Shown here in pieces: positions 53,415 to 64,000 of a stretch of 64,000 nucleotides of DNA. Under the pieces are notes generated by a model that had not been told where the DNA came from, did no database searches, and saw only the letters and a list, made by a program, of their open reading frames with translations. The first letter of the stretch is position 1, and every line of letters starts with the position of its first letter. Both the position numbers and the translations under genes were made by a program. The stretch comes from Octopus vulgaris (Eukaryota): assembly GCA_951406725.2 (NCBI GenBank), contig OX597814.1:6510001-6574000 (forward strand), given 5' to 3'.

Positions 53415-54245
53415 GTTGCCATAGTAACAAAGCTAACACACACAGTGAAGCTGCTTGGCAAAGATTGACCATGAACTCTGCTGTACATGTGCACTAATTT
53501 TTAATGTTCTAGCTCACTTCCACTGTTTACAGCAGTGCTTGGAAGGAAGGTGTGTAGCGTGTGATTGTCGCATTGACCATGACAGAGAAAGTTTTCATGG
53601 TGATACCTTACCTGCTCAGAGGCTTGTGCAAAGTTACAGAAAGTGTATGGAGAGGTGTGTATGAGCCACACACAAATGCACAAGTGGTTTAGACGTTTCC
53701 GAGATGGCCAAACAACTTTGATATTGATGAGACCTGCAACCAGCAGAACTGAGAAAAATATTGCAGATGAGTATACAGCTGTGAGAAGAAATCATCAAAT
53801 CACCATCCGTGAGTTATCAGAAGATGTGCAGATTAGTTACGGTTCAGTTCAGTCCATTATTAATAAAGATTTGGGTATGAGACGCATGTCTGCCAAGTTT
53901 GTGCCAAAACTGCTTTCAGGCGACCAAAAAGACACTCGGGTTTCAGTCGCACAAAATCTCCTTGATTGTGTCGAGAACGATGGAAACTTTTTGAAAACTT
54001 TGTGTAGGCCTCTGAGCAGGTATCTCCAAGCTTCTGGCAAAATCCAATGCAGATTCTCTGCTCAACTTGCTCTTTCATGGTCAATGCAGTGATCACACGC
54101 TACACACCTTCCTTCCAAGCACTGCTGTAAACAATGGAAATGAGCTAGAACGTTAAAACTTAGTGCGCATGCACCACAGTGGTTAAGGTCAATTGGTGCC
54201 AAGAGGCTTCACTCTGCATGCTTTAGCTTCGTTACTATGACAACA
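53415..54245. mobile_element. Mariner derivative with two head-to-head 5' ends (long inverted arms)
   Basis: 53415-53593 is reverse-complemented at 54065-54245. The + ORF has KWFRRFRDG...ITIRELSEDVQISYGSVQSII...SAKFVPKLL; the - ORF has MKEQVEQRICIGFCQKLG. No DD34D catalytic region. Confidence 0.85.
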
Positions 54246-54304
54246 ATCCAAATACTCACTAATCAGACAACACACACACACATATATATAAACGTATATT
54301 TTAT

Positions 54305-54640
54305 CTGTTACTTGTTTCAGTCATCAGGCTGTGGCCATGCTGGGGCACTGCCTTGAGGAAATCTAGTCTAAGTAATCGACCCCTTTTGCTGAACTGCTAA
54401 GTTATAGGGATGTAAACATATCAACACCAGTTGTCAAGGGGACAGCAAAGACACACACTCACCCATAAATATGTACGATGGGCTTCTTATAGTTTCCATC
54501 TGTCAAATCCACTCACAAGTCTTTATTGGCTTGACACTTGAGTAGAAAACACTTGCTCAAGGTGACATGCAGTGGTAGTGAATCCAGAACAAAGTGGTTA
54601 GGAACCAAATTTTTTTACCATACAGCCATACCTGCACCTA
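54305..54640 (-). mobile_element. Degenerate tRNA SINE family A
   Basis: tacttgtttcagtc...ccacacagccat-like ends. Confidence 0.7.
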
Positions 54641-54660
54641 TGGCCATACCTGCACACATA

Positions 54661-56452
54661 TCATCATCATCATCATCATTTAACATCCAATGTCCAAGCT
54701 GGCACGGGTTGATCAGTTTGGCCAGTGCTGGCAAGCTGGAAGGCTGCACCAGACTCCAGTCTGATTTGGCATGACTTTCTACAGCTGGATGCCCTTCCTA
54801 ATGCCAACCACTGTGAGAGTCTAGTGGGTGCTTTTACATTCCACTGGCACAGGTGCCATTTGTGTGACACCTGTATCTGCTATGACTGATTTTACTTGGC
54901 TTGATGGGACTTATTTTCAAGTATGACATAATGCCAAAGGTCTCAGTCATTGCTTCCCTGAGGCCCAACACTCAAAAGGTGCTTTATATGTGCCACTGGC
55001 ATTAGCCATCTTGCCCCCATGAGGTCCAATGCTCAAAAGGTGCTTTTTACGTGCCACAGGCATGGGTGCTAGTTACATGGCACTAGCATCAGCCATGACT
55101 ACTATTTCACTTGGCTTGATGGCACATAAAAAAAAAACACCATCCGAGCGTGGTCGTCTGCTAGCCTTGTCTGGCACCTGTGTCGGTGGCACATAAAAAC
55201 ACCATCCGAGCGTGGCCGTTCGCCAGCCTTGTCTGGCACCTGTGTTGGTGGCACATAAAAACACCATCCGAGAGTGGCCGTCTGCCAGCCTCACCTGGCA
55301 CCTGTGTCGGTGGCACATAAAAACACCATCCGAGCGTGGCCGTTCGCCAGCCTCGTCTGGCACCTGTGTCGGTGGCACATAAAAACACCATCCGAGCGTG
55401 GCCGTTCGCCAGCTTCGTCTGGCACCTGTGTCGGTGGCACATAAAAACACCATCCGAGTGTGGTCGTCTGCTAGCCTTGTCTGGCACCTGTGTCGGTGGC
55501 ACATAAAAACACCATCCGAGCGTGGTCGTCTGCTAGCCTTGTCTGGCACCTGTGTCGGTGGCACATAAAAACACCATCCGAGTGTGGTCGTCTGCTAGCC
55601 TTGTCTGGCACCTGTGTCGGTGGCACATAAAAACACCATCCGAGCGTGGACGTTCGCCAGCTTCGTCTGGCACCTGTGTCGGTGGCACATAAAAACACCA
55701 TCCGAGCGTGGCCGTTTGCCAGCCTTGTCTGGCACCTGTGTCGGTGGCACATAAAATCACCCACTACACTCTCGGAGTGGTTGGCGTTAGGAAGGGCATC
55801 CAGCTGTAGAAACACTGCCAGATCTGACTGGCCTGGTGCAGCCTTCGGGCTCCCCAGACCCCAGTTGAACCGTCCAACCCATGCTAGCATGGAAAGCGGA
55901 CGTTAAATGATGATGATGATGATGATGGGTCTTCTCAAGCACTGCATATCACCAAAGGTCTGAGTCACTAGTCATTGCCTCTGGGAGACCCAAAGTTCAA
56001 AGATCGTGCTTCACCACATCGTCCCATGTCTTCCTGGACTTGCCTCTACCACAGGTTCCCTCCACAGATAAAGGTCAGCACTTCTTTACTCAGCTGTCCT
56101 CGTCCATTCATATCATATGACCATAGCAGTGCAGTTGTCTCTCTTGCACACCACATCTGATTCCTCTTATGCCCGACTTTTCTCTCAAGATGCTTACACT
56201 GTCAAACATGAGCACTGACAGTGCACATCCAGCGAAGCATACTGGCTTCATTTCTTTCAAGCCTACGCATATCCTTGGCTGTCATAGCCCATGTTTCACT
56301 GCCATGTAACATAGCTGTTTGCACACAGTTATCATACAATCTGCCTTTCACTCTGAGGGAGAGGCCCTTTGTTGCCAGCAGGGGTAGGAGCTCTCTGAAC
56401 TTTACCTAGCCTATACTTATTTTCACAGCTACACTCTCAGAGCATCTACCTC
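54661..56452 (-). mobile_element. RTE LINE copy split by an opposite-strand insertion of its own family
   Basis: The host sequence cacttggcttgatgg|gtcttctcaagc is interrupted at about 55120/55927. ORF2 C-terminal remnant at 55930-56452. Confidence 0.8.
55121..55926 (+). repeat. RTE 3' UTR copy with a 62-bp tandem array (~10 units)
   Basis: ctggcac recurs at 55171, 55233, 55295 and every 62 bp to 55729, then the standard tail and (gat)n. Confidence 0.93.
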
Positions 56453-56646
56453 CAAATATATATATATAAATATATATATATATGTAAATGGATGAATGAA
56501 TTATCCTTTGTTTACCATTAACATGGAAAATTTAATAAACAGTTACCAGGGTAGCAAAATTCACACAAGTAACAAGGATGTAGCGACCTATTCAAAGGTA
56601 GAAACTCCGGGTTAATGTGCAGTAATTTGTATAGTAAAGTAAATAA

Positions 56647-57008
56647 ATGGAGTTGAACACAGATGCTATTCAAATTCTTTTATATTCGACATATGTTTCG
56701 AAGACAACATTGGTTTTATTCCAAAGGAATAAACGGTGTAAAATGCAATCTTCTCATCAGGAAAGAAAGAGAGCCTATCTCAACAACAAGATATTATAAC
56801 AATTTCGATGACTGCATAAATGATAAATAGAACGTTATTGCAGTCATCAAAATTGTTATAATGTCTTGTTGTTGAGATAGGCTCTCTTTCTTTCTTGATG
56901 AAAAGATTGCATTTTACACCGTTTATTCCTTTGGAATAAAACCAATGTTGTCTTCGAAACATATGTCGAAAGTAAAAGAATTTGAATAGTATCTGCGTTC
57001 AACTCCAT
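56647..57008. repeat. Near-perfect foldback, 170-bp arms, 22-nt loop (inverted Penelope pLTR-like)
   Basis: 56647-56816 is the reverse complement of 56839-57008 with few mismatches. Confidence 0.95.
56685..56763 (-). ncRNA. Minimal type-I hammerhead ribozyme motif, canonical core
   Basis: Minus strand reads uuc CUGAUGA gaagau...gucuuc GAAAC AUAU GUC gaa. Stem III is the palindrome ACAUAUGU and the triplet is GUC. Confidence 0.75.
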
Positions 57009-57039
57009 ATAGATAGATATGTATGTATGTATGTATGTA

Positions 57040-58350
57040 GCACACACTCTTGAGGACATGCAATGAATTCTAAGCTATTTCTTGCATGCATCAAAGACGT
57101 TTGGTCTGACCATCAGCATTCAGAAAACTGATCTTGTCCATCAACCCATTTGTGACCGTCTTCCTACTGTTTCCCTACTCTACATGTTGATGGGAAAGCA
57201 TTAAAAACTGTTTCCTCCTTCATTTATCTTGGTTCCATTGTGTCTGATGATGTGAAGATGGATAAAGAAAAAGAGTCCAGAATTGGAAAGGCTAGCTCCG
57301 CTTTTGGTAAGCTTTATCAAAGGCTATGAAACAGCCACAACATATCGTTGAAGGTGAAAGTTAATGTATATGTATAATTCAGTGGTCTTAACAGCATTGC
57401 TTTATGAAGCGTAATCTTTGACTCTGTTCCAAAAGCACATCAACCAGCTTGACACTTTTCATATGCGATGCTTGCATACTATCTCCAACATAAAGCCGAG
57501 TGACCATATTCATAACAGTGAGGTACTAACAAAATGCAACATATCAGGTGTTGAAGCCATCCTCATCAAAATACAGCTTAGATGGTCAGGTCATCTCTCA
57601 CATATGAGTGATATCCAAAGTAACTTCTCTTTGGCCAAAGGTCAGTTGGAAGGCCACTCTGGTGCTTCAAAGACAAACTAAAAAGACAATCTGAAACGAT
57701 GCAACATTCCCTTTTCTTCCTGGGAGATCAAAGCATCAGATTGCAGGACCCGGTGCCAGTCCTGCTTCTCCTCACTTCAAAGATTTGAGCAAAGTTGACT
57801 CCAACTTTGGGACCAACTCCAAGCAAGCATGAAGGCTCGCTGGCAAAACGCTGCTTCTCTGAATGGAAACCTATTTCTTTACTACCTCCAAGGGGCTAAA
57901 CACAGAGAGGACAGACAAACGGATTAAGTCGATTATATTGCTACCAGTGTGTAACTGCTACTTATTTAATCGACCACGAAAGGCAAAGTTGACCTCAGGG
58001 GAATTTGAACTCAGAACGTAGAAGCAGATGAAATACCGCTAAGCATTTCGCCCGACGTGCTAACATTTCTGCCAGCTCACCGCCTTAAACCAGCTCCTCT
58101 GAATGGAAACCTTAAATGTCATTGTAGTTTTGTGGTAGGAAGTAAAGCAGGTCTTGCCTTCCACTCAAGAAAACTCATAGTAAATGATCTACAAGCCCTC
58201 AAGCAAACTGAGTCCTCAACTTGTTCCATTTGCCTAAAGGTTTGCAAGGAACCAGCCGGCCTCAAAGAGACACATTCATGTCCATAGGACATGATTAATA
58301 CTATATTTTACTGAACCCTTATTTTGTTGTTCATGACCAGAGAAGCCATC
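57040..58350 (+). mobile_element. Decayed RTE/BovB-like LINE C-terminal half, with a family B SINE inserted at 57880-58087
   Basis: AHTLEDMQ...FGLTISIQKT, FIYLGS, RIGKASSAFGKL, QLDTFHMRCL, QLRWSGHL. ctctgaatggaaacct flanks the SINE on both sides (TSD). Confidence 0.8.
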
Positions 58351-58403
58351 ATATATATATATCAAAACAGGAGATAGGAAAACTTTTTGGCATTATTTAT
58401 TCA

Positions 58404-58498
58404 CCATTACACATGTTTCATTTGCTAGTAGGAATTACAAAACTGTACAGATATTAGAAGACATACAAGATATCTCATATTACAAATTCTTCAGATTG
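58404..58498 (-). ncRNA. Minimal hammerhead motif inside a small foldback (arms ~58358-58402/58500-58544)
   Basis: Minus strand reads caau CUGAAGA auuugu...gcaaau GAAAC AUGU GUA augg. Confidence 0.6.
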
Positions 58499-59726
58499 AG
58501 AATCAAATGATACCAAAAAATGTTCCAATCTTGTGTTTTGATATTATTATTCTGAAGAAAATATTTTCTGGTATTTTTAACTTTTATGCATACCTCACAC
58601 AAATATCACATCTACATTCAGATTTGGAAAACTGAAATAAACAGCTGTGCCTCAAGAGGACACATCTTGGATTTTAACCCTATTGATATAAAATATATAT
58701 GTGTCTGTCTGTGTGTATTCTCATCATTTCCTGTTGTTGTCTTTGCTTGCTTCAAACCATTTTGTTTTATTTCATTTTATTTTATAATTTTTTTTTTTTT
58801 TACTTACAGAGGGAATTAAAGTTGCAAAATCCACATCAATAAATAATCTTTTAAAATCTGAATTCTGGCTTATAGTAAACAACAGGGAATATCATGTCAC
58901 ACCTCCTGAACAAAGTAAGTACAAAGACTTTCTCGCTTTACTTTTTCAATCCTAAATTTCATTCAGTATATTTTAATTATAACATTAATTATAACTGCAG
59001 TATCTTGTGGATCTACAATCTTCACTGTCTACAAACTGCCAATGGTTTATAAACCTTTATAATTGGCATCACCTTTTGGTTCCATTTCAAGTTGTCACTC
59101 ATTATTCAACATATATTCTTATTTGGTCAATCTCACTGAGTGACACTTCTCTCAGCTTGTCTTCTACCTTCACTGACTTGAATTGTTTTAAATATCTTAT
59201 CTTATAATATTCTTTGATGAGAGTCTGATTTCTTTGCAAAGTGGTTACAGTACAAAATATTTAGGATCTCCCCTTAACCATCACCACATTAACTAACTCT
59301 CTCAGTCCTTCTTAGCTAAAAACGTCTATAATACTTTTTTTTTATTATTTATTTACACCTGGTGTTGCTACTTTCTTTATTCCCTCCAATCCGGTCACTT
59401 CTCTCTTTACACTTCTCCATTTAGTTCCGTGCCACCTACTGCTTGTTTCGGGCTCTGTTTCAACCCCTCAGATTTGTGATCATCCTGCAGTCTTCTGCAA
59501 TTAAGTTTTTTAATTCTTTCTCACTGTCTAACAAACTGTTGTCCAACTCCAGTTGGAAGTTGACCCTTATTTAGAAAGATATTTCAACTTTCTTACTTCT
59601 AACAATAGAATTTACATCATGGAGTTCCAGAAATTCTGTTATATCTGTTCAATGTTGCTTGTGCTCTCACCATGGATTGACTCCATTCACACCCATGTAG
59701 CAGCCTGTCGTGTATATATATATATG

Positions 59727-60030
59727 AAGGAGCATAGCCTAGTGGTTAGGGTGTTGCACTTGAGATGGCGAGATCATGGGTTTGATTCCCAGACCGGGCG
59801 TTGCATTGTGTTCTTGAGCAAAGCACTTCATTCCATGTTGCTCTGCAATCATTTCATCATCTGACATGTGGCACATGGTGCACCTGTACAGGTAATGTCG
59901 ATTTGATGGAAGCTGTGACCTTTTGTGTACACAAACATTTGGTCACAATAAACAAATCATCCGTGTGGTCGTTTGGCAAGAAATTGGTGGAACCTCTTAC
60001 ATTGTCTAACAACAGGAGAGTCCATTTTAT
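59727..60030 (+). mobile_element. tRNA SINE family C-related copy
   Basis: agcatagcctagtggttagggtg...gggtttgattcccagaccgggcgttg. Confidence 0.65.
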
Positions 60031-60032
60031 AT

Positions 60033-60295
60033 ATCATCATCATCATCATTTAACGTCCGTTTTCCATGCTGGCATGGGTTGGATGGTTCGACCGGGGTTT
60101 GCACCAGGCTCCAATCTGATCTAGCAATGTTTCAACAGCTGGAAGCCCTTCCTAATGCCAACCACTCTGAGAGTGTAGTGGGTGCTTTTTACGTGCCACT
60201 GCCACTGTGGGGCCAGTCAGGTGGCACTGGCATCGACCACGTTTGAATGGTGCTTTTTACATGCCACCAGCAACATTGGCATTGGCCACAACTAT
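60033..60295 (-). mobile_element. RTE 3' UTR fragment
   Basis: catcatcatttaacgtccgttttccatgc...gtgctttttacgtgcca. Confidence 0.8.
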
Positions 60296-60296
60296 G

Positions 60297-60347
<51 letters not shown>

Positions 60348-62049
60348 TATATAGATAGATAGAAAGTGAATGGGAGATGTGTGTGTGCGCGTGATGTCAA
60401 ATTGTTACAATGGCATTTCTGCTATTATGGCACTTAAATCTTTCAACCCATTTAGCTTTGAACTTTCTGGCCCCTAATTGTCCTGTATAGAATTGAATAT
60501 TAGTCTAACTTTTGTTCAAGTGTTTCTCAAGGTTTGGTAAATTCGGTTCCCATCTGCTCGCAGGATATTGCTCCTATTGGCTGTCAGGGAACTCGTCTGC
60601 CTTTGACATGCCTTTACAAATGGCGTCCTCTTAATCCGTTTTGTTTTATTCCACTTTTAATGTTACTTATGTGGAATGCAGGGAGGAGGAGGGATTTATT
60701 CGTTGCTGATAATCAATTAAGAATTATTATTTGGAAACCAGTTTTCCTTCAGGGAAGATATTCTTTTTGGAATATAGATTTCTGTTAACAACAACCTTTG
60801 AACGCATTTGATCAATTTAATCTACTTGGTTTGTACGAGGAACATTAAACCAACATCAGTTAATGGTGGTGGTCGTGGTGGTGGTGGTGGTGGTGGCAGT
60901 GGGGATTGATTAATCAAACATTCTGACTTAATCCTATTACTCATTAAAATGTCATCCCAACTCATTCCCGCATTTCAGATCAATGCTTACACGAAAACTC
61001 ATATTTCATTGTAAAACATCCACCGTGTTAACAGCTGTTGAATCCTTTTGTCAGAAATGTTTTGTTGGAGGGGGAACATGTGGAGCAAATGAAGAACTTG
61101 ATCTGTTGTACGAATGAGAACAGACACAGCCCTGTAAACGGTTTTCTCCTACTCTAAGCTCAAAGCCTGACATTTTGAGGGAAGGGGTCAGTCATTTACA
61201 TCATCTCCAGTGTGTATCTGGTACTTAATTTATCGACCCCAAAAGGATGAAAGGCAAAGTCAACCTTAGCAAATTTCAATGCAAAATGTTTTATTGTGTG
61301 TGTGTGTGTGTTTTAATTTTTTTGTATTTATAAGAATAAACTATCCAATGTATTTTAATGTTATTTAAGAATTTAAGATAGCAGGATGTGGTTTGTGAGA
61401 AATTTGGCTGCTATTTCCAATGGGTCATGGAGACCATTTCCTTTGTTGGACACTTAGACCAGCCGACACGGTGTGATGCTTCCTTGTTGGGTTGGGCAGC
61501 AATGCTGTTGGAAACAACTCTGTTGTACTTTGTATTTCAATTCTTGAGAGAGGTGATCGATGAAAGGTTGGTGTGAGATGTGAGTTATTTAGAAACAGTG
61601 TGATAAGTGGGGAGCGGAATAGCTGACAGAGTTTTAGTTTCATTTATAGATACGCTTATACTTGCATCTCTCTCTCTCTTTCGGAGAGGCACCAGCACCT
61701 ACACGCACATATACACACATGGCAGTAACTTCCGCCTGCCAAATTCAATCACAAAGCTTTGGTCGGCTCGGGGCATCATTATCATAAATATCCAGATCAT
61801 AATATAACTTTTAAAGTTTATATTTTCTCTGTAAACTTAGAATCTTACTCTGGATATTCATGTTATTTTATGACAAGTTGTTTTCACTGGTCAGTTTTTC
61901 TGTCCTTGCCAACCATATAGTTATAAACAGCCCTCTTCTTTAGCTCCATGGGATTTTTCCCTATTCACTTACACCTCAGTATTGTTTCTTTATTTCATAA
62001 TTTTGTGAGATGGAAGGGGTTTTACAAGTTGTCCAAGACCAAATAATAT

Positions 62050-62400
62050 CAATCTAGGCTGCTGTTTCTCTTTCAATGGTTACATGTTACCAGCTGCAGC
62101 AAAAGACATGGGTCAGAAGGAAATTCCAAGGAGCAAACATTGTGAGGGAAAAGGACTGAGTGTGTTGGGGTGGATGGACTCACCCTGGGTGGCACAGAAT
62201 CAGCCAGTTCTGCTGGTCAGAATACACCGCCCATGTGTGGATTAGCCAATCACTTGAATATCCTTCTTTCAGCTGCTGCCTGTGCATCAAATAGCTGCAC
62301 CAACTTTCCAGATGTGGGAGCAGAAATCCATTGTGAGTCTCACCTGACAGAGATTCCAGTTGTTGAGGCTTGAAGAGGATTTGTTATTAGTAAGATAGGA
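62050..62400 (-). mobile_element. Old CR1/Jockey-like LINE remnant
   Basis: Minus strand SQVRLTMDFCSHIWKVGAA resembles the QVRPxMEYCSxIW motif. Confidence 0.45.
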
Positions 62401-64000
62401 TTGACAAAAGGTCAACATAGATTTATAAGGATTTATAAATGTAGTTCCTATTTGTAAACACAAATAGGTTTTTTTTCTTGCATGAATTTAATTTCTCTAG
62501 ATCAGTTTTAATTGATGGCCTGTAAATGCCATTAAAAGTGTTTCCTAACTTTCAGTCAGACATGGCTAATTATTCTGATCCATTGATTTAACTTTCTCGC
62601 ATAACTGGTGCAAACATAAAGCAATAATGAGGAAACCATCAATTAATTGAGGCCTTAAAATCTGGCCATAATTTCTGTTCAGTACCAAACTCCATTTTTA
62701 TGTGTTACCTTTGGAAAGCGGTAGAGCTCTTTGCAATTAGAAATAAAAGATACATTCTTTCATTTTTGGTATTTTATCAAAATAGATTCCAGCAAGATTT
62801 TTGCTTTATTTTTGATTTTTGTTTTACTGATTTTTAAGAAAATAAATAAAATTTAAATGATGAATTACTATACATTATATAACTTATTGTTTTCCTTTTC
62901 ATTCAAAAATTATTTTATAATTTTAGTTATAACATTTTTTACTTTTAATTTTCATCAGATTGATTTTTAAATCAATAGTATTCCTTAATGTAGATCAATC
63001 AATGAATCAGTAAGTTCTTCTTTCACAAAACATTGCATCTTTAACAGTGGATGTGTATCTAGATCCATTTCACCTTCCCTTCCTGGATCATCCCTCTTAC
63101 TGTATTTGCCGTTCGTTTATTTAACCCTAGGAATGCCACAGCTACACAATCTCAGTCTATTGTTGTTACATCACCATATTTACAGGCAATTCTACAGGGT
63201 GTGGCAAACAAACCCCTCATATTGTAGCTGGTCATTGGTGTAAAATGTAAGTAGGAATTATTCTGCTACACCATACTTAACAGTAGCAGAGCTTCACTAT
63301 TTTGGGTTATTCTAGTACAGAGTCTAAGTCACCGTATTTACAGTTTCCATATATATTTTTGACATATCCTACCTCAGTGGAAGAAAAAATCAAAATGGTC
63401 TGCACAGCAGCATTTATTCGACAGGGGATCAAAGAATTCTCCAAACTGCAGTCTCTAAACAGCCAGTACACAGCAGTTTTAGAAATGAAACTCTTCTAAT
63501 TAATTATAGTAAAACACGTCATCATCATTCGTTTGCCATGCTGGCATGGGTTGGATGGTTGACAGGGGCTGGGAGCCATATCAGGGGCCATCATATTTTG
63601 GCATGGTTTCTACAGCTGGATGCCCTTCCTAATACCAACCACTTTACAGAGTGTACTAAGTGTTTTTCTATATGGCACCATCACTGAGAGGGTCACCAAT
63701 TACCTTACAAGACAAAAAAAGGCAACAAACCCTCTGCTTGGATGGGATAAATATTTAACAATATAATTCATCTCCTCTAATTCTCAAAAGCTTTTCAAAG
63801 AATCTTGCCAAGCTCCACCTTGTCAGTTATTACCATTTTACTGGTTCCTGGCAGGAAGCCGCAGCCATGCTGGGCTGCATTGTTTTACTTAGAATTTTTT
63901 TAATTTCTATTTTGCTATTTAAAAAAATATTTTCAGTTAGGCATCACTATGTGGTAAGAAGCTTACTCCATAACCACATGGTTCCAGGTTCAGTCCCACT

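Noticed and set aside
55121-55760. CRISPR-like regular array (also 17751-18030)
   Set aside because: Units are contiguous near-identical 62-mers with no unique spacers, there are no cas genes, the context is eukaryotic, and the array is part of a LINE 3' UTR.

Overview
AT-rich, microsatellite- and transposon-dense metazoan DNA. The repeat families point to an octopod cephalopod (Octopus-like); this is an inference from the repeats, not a verified assignment. I can support only one host coding exon: a 171-nt, phase 1-1 exon at 26587-26757 (+) that encodes part of the N-terminal domain of the mitochondrial calcium uniporter (MCU). The rest is therefore probably intron of a very large MCU gene. 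It is filled with decayed mariner, pogo/Tc2, piggyBac-MITE and Helitron elements, RTE, CR1, Tx1 and R4/Dong-like LINE fragments, three tRNA-SINE families and minisatellites. Three observations stand out. (1) At least eight loci carry minimal type-I hammerhead-ribozyme-like motifs of the Penelope pseudo-LTR type, several inside long foldback palindromes, and together they show C3-G8, G3-C8 and U3-A8 versions of the catalytic-core pair. (2) An RTE LINE ORF2 carries a C4HC3 PHD finger between the RT core and the thumb region. (3) A 62-bp unit of that LINE's 3' UTR, predicted to form a compact H-type pseudoknot plus a hairpin, is tandemly amplified up to about 10 times. All folds were done by eye, and repeat boundaries are approximate unless a TSD or splice site is quoted.
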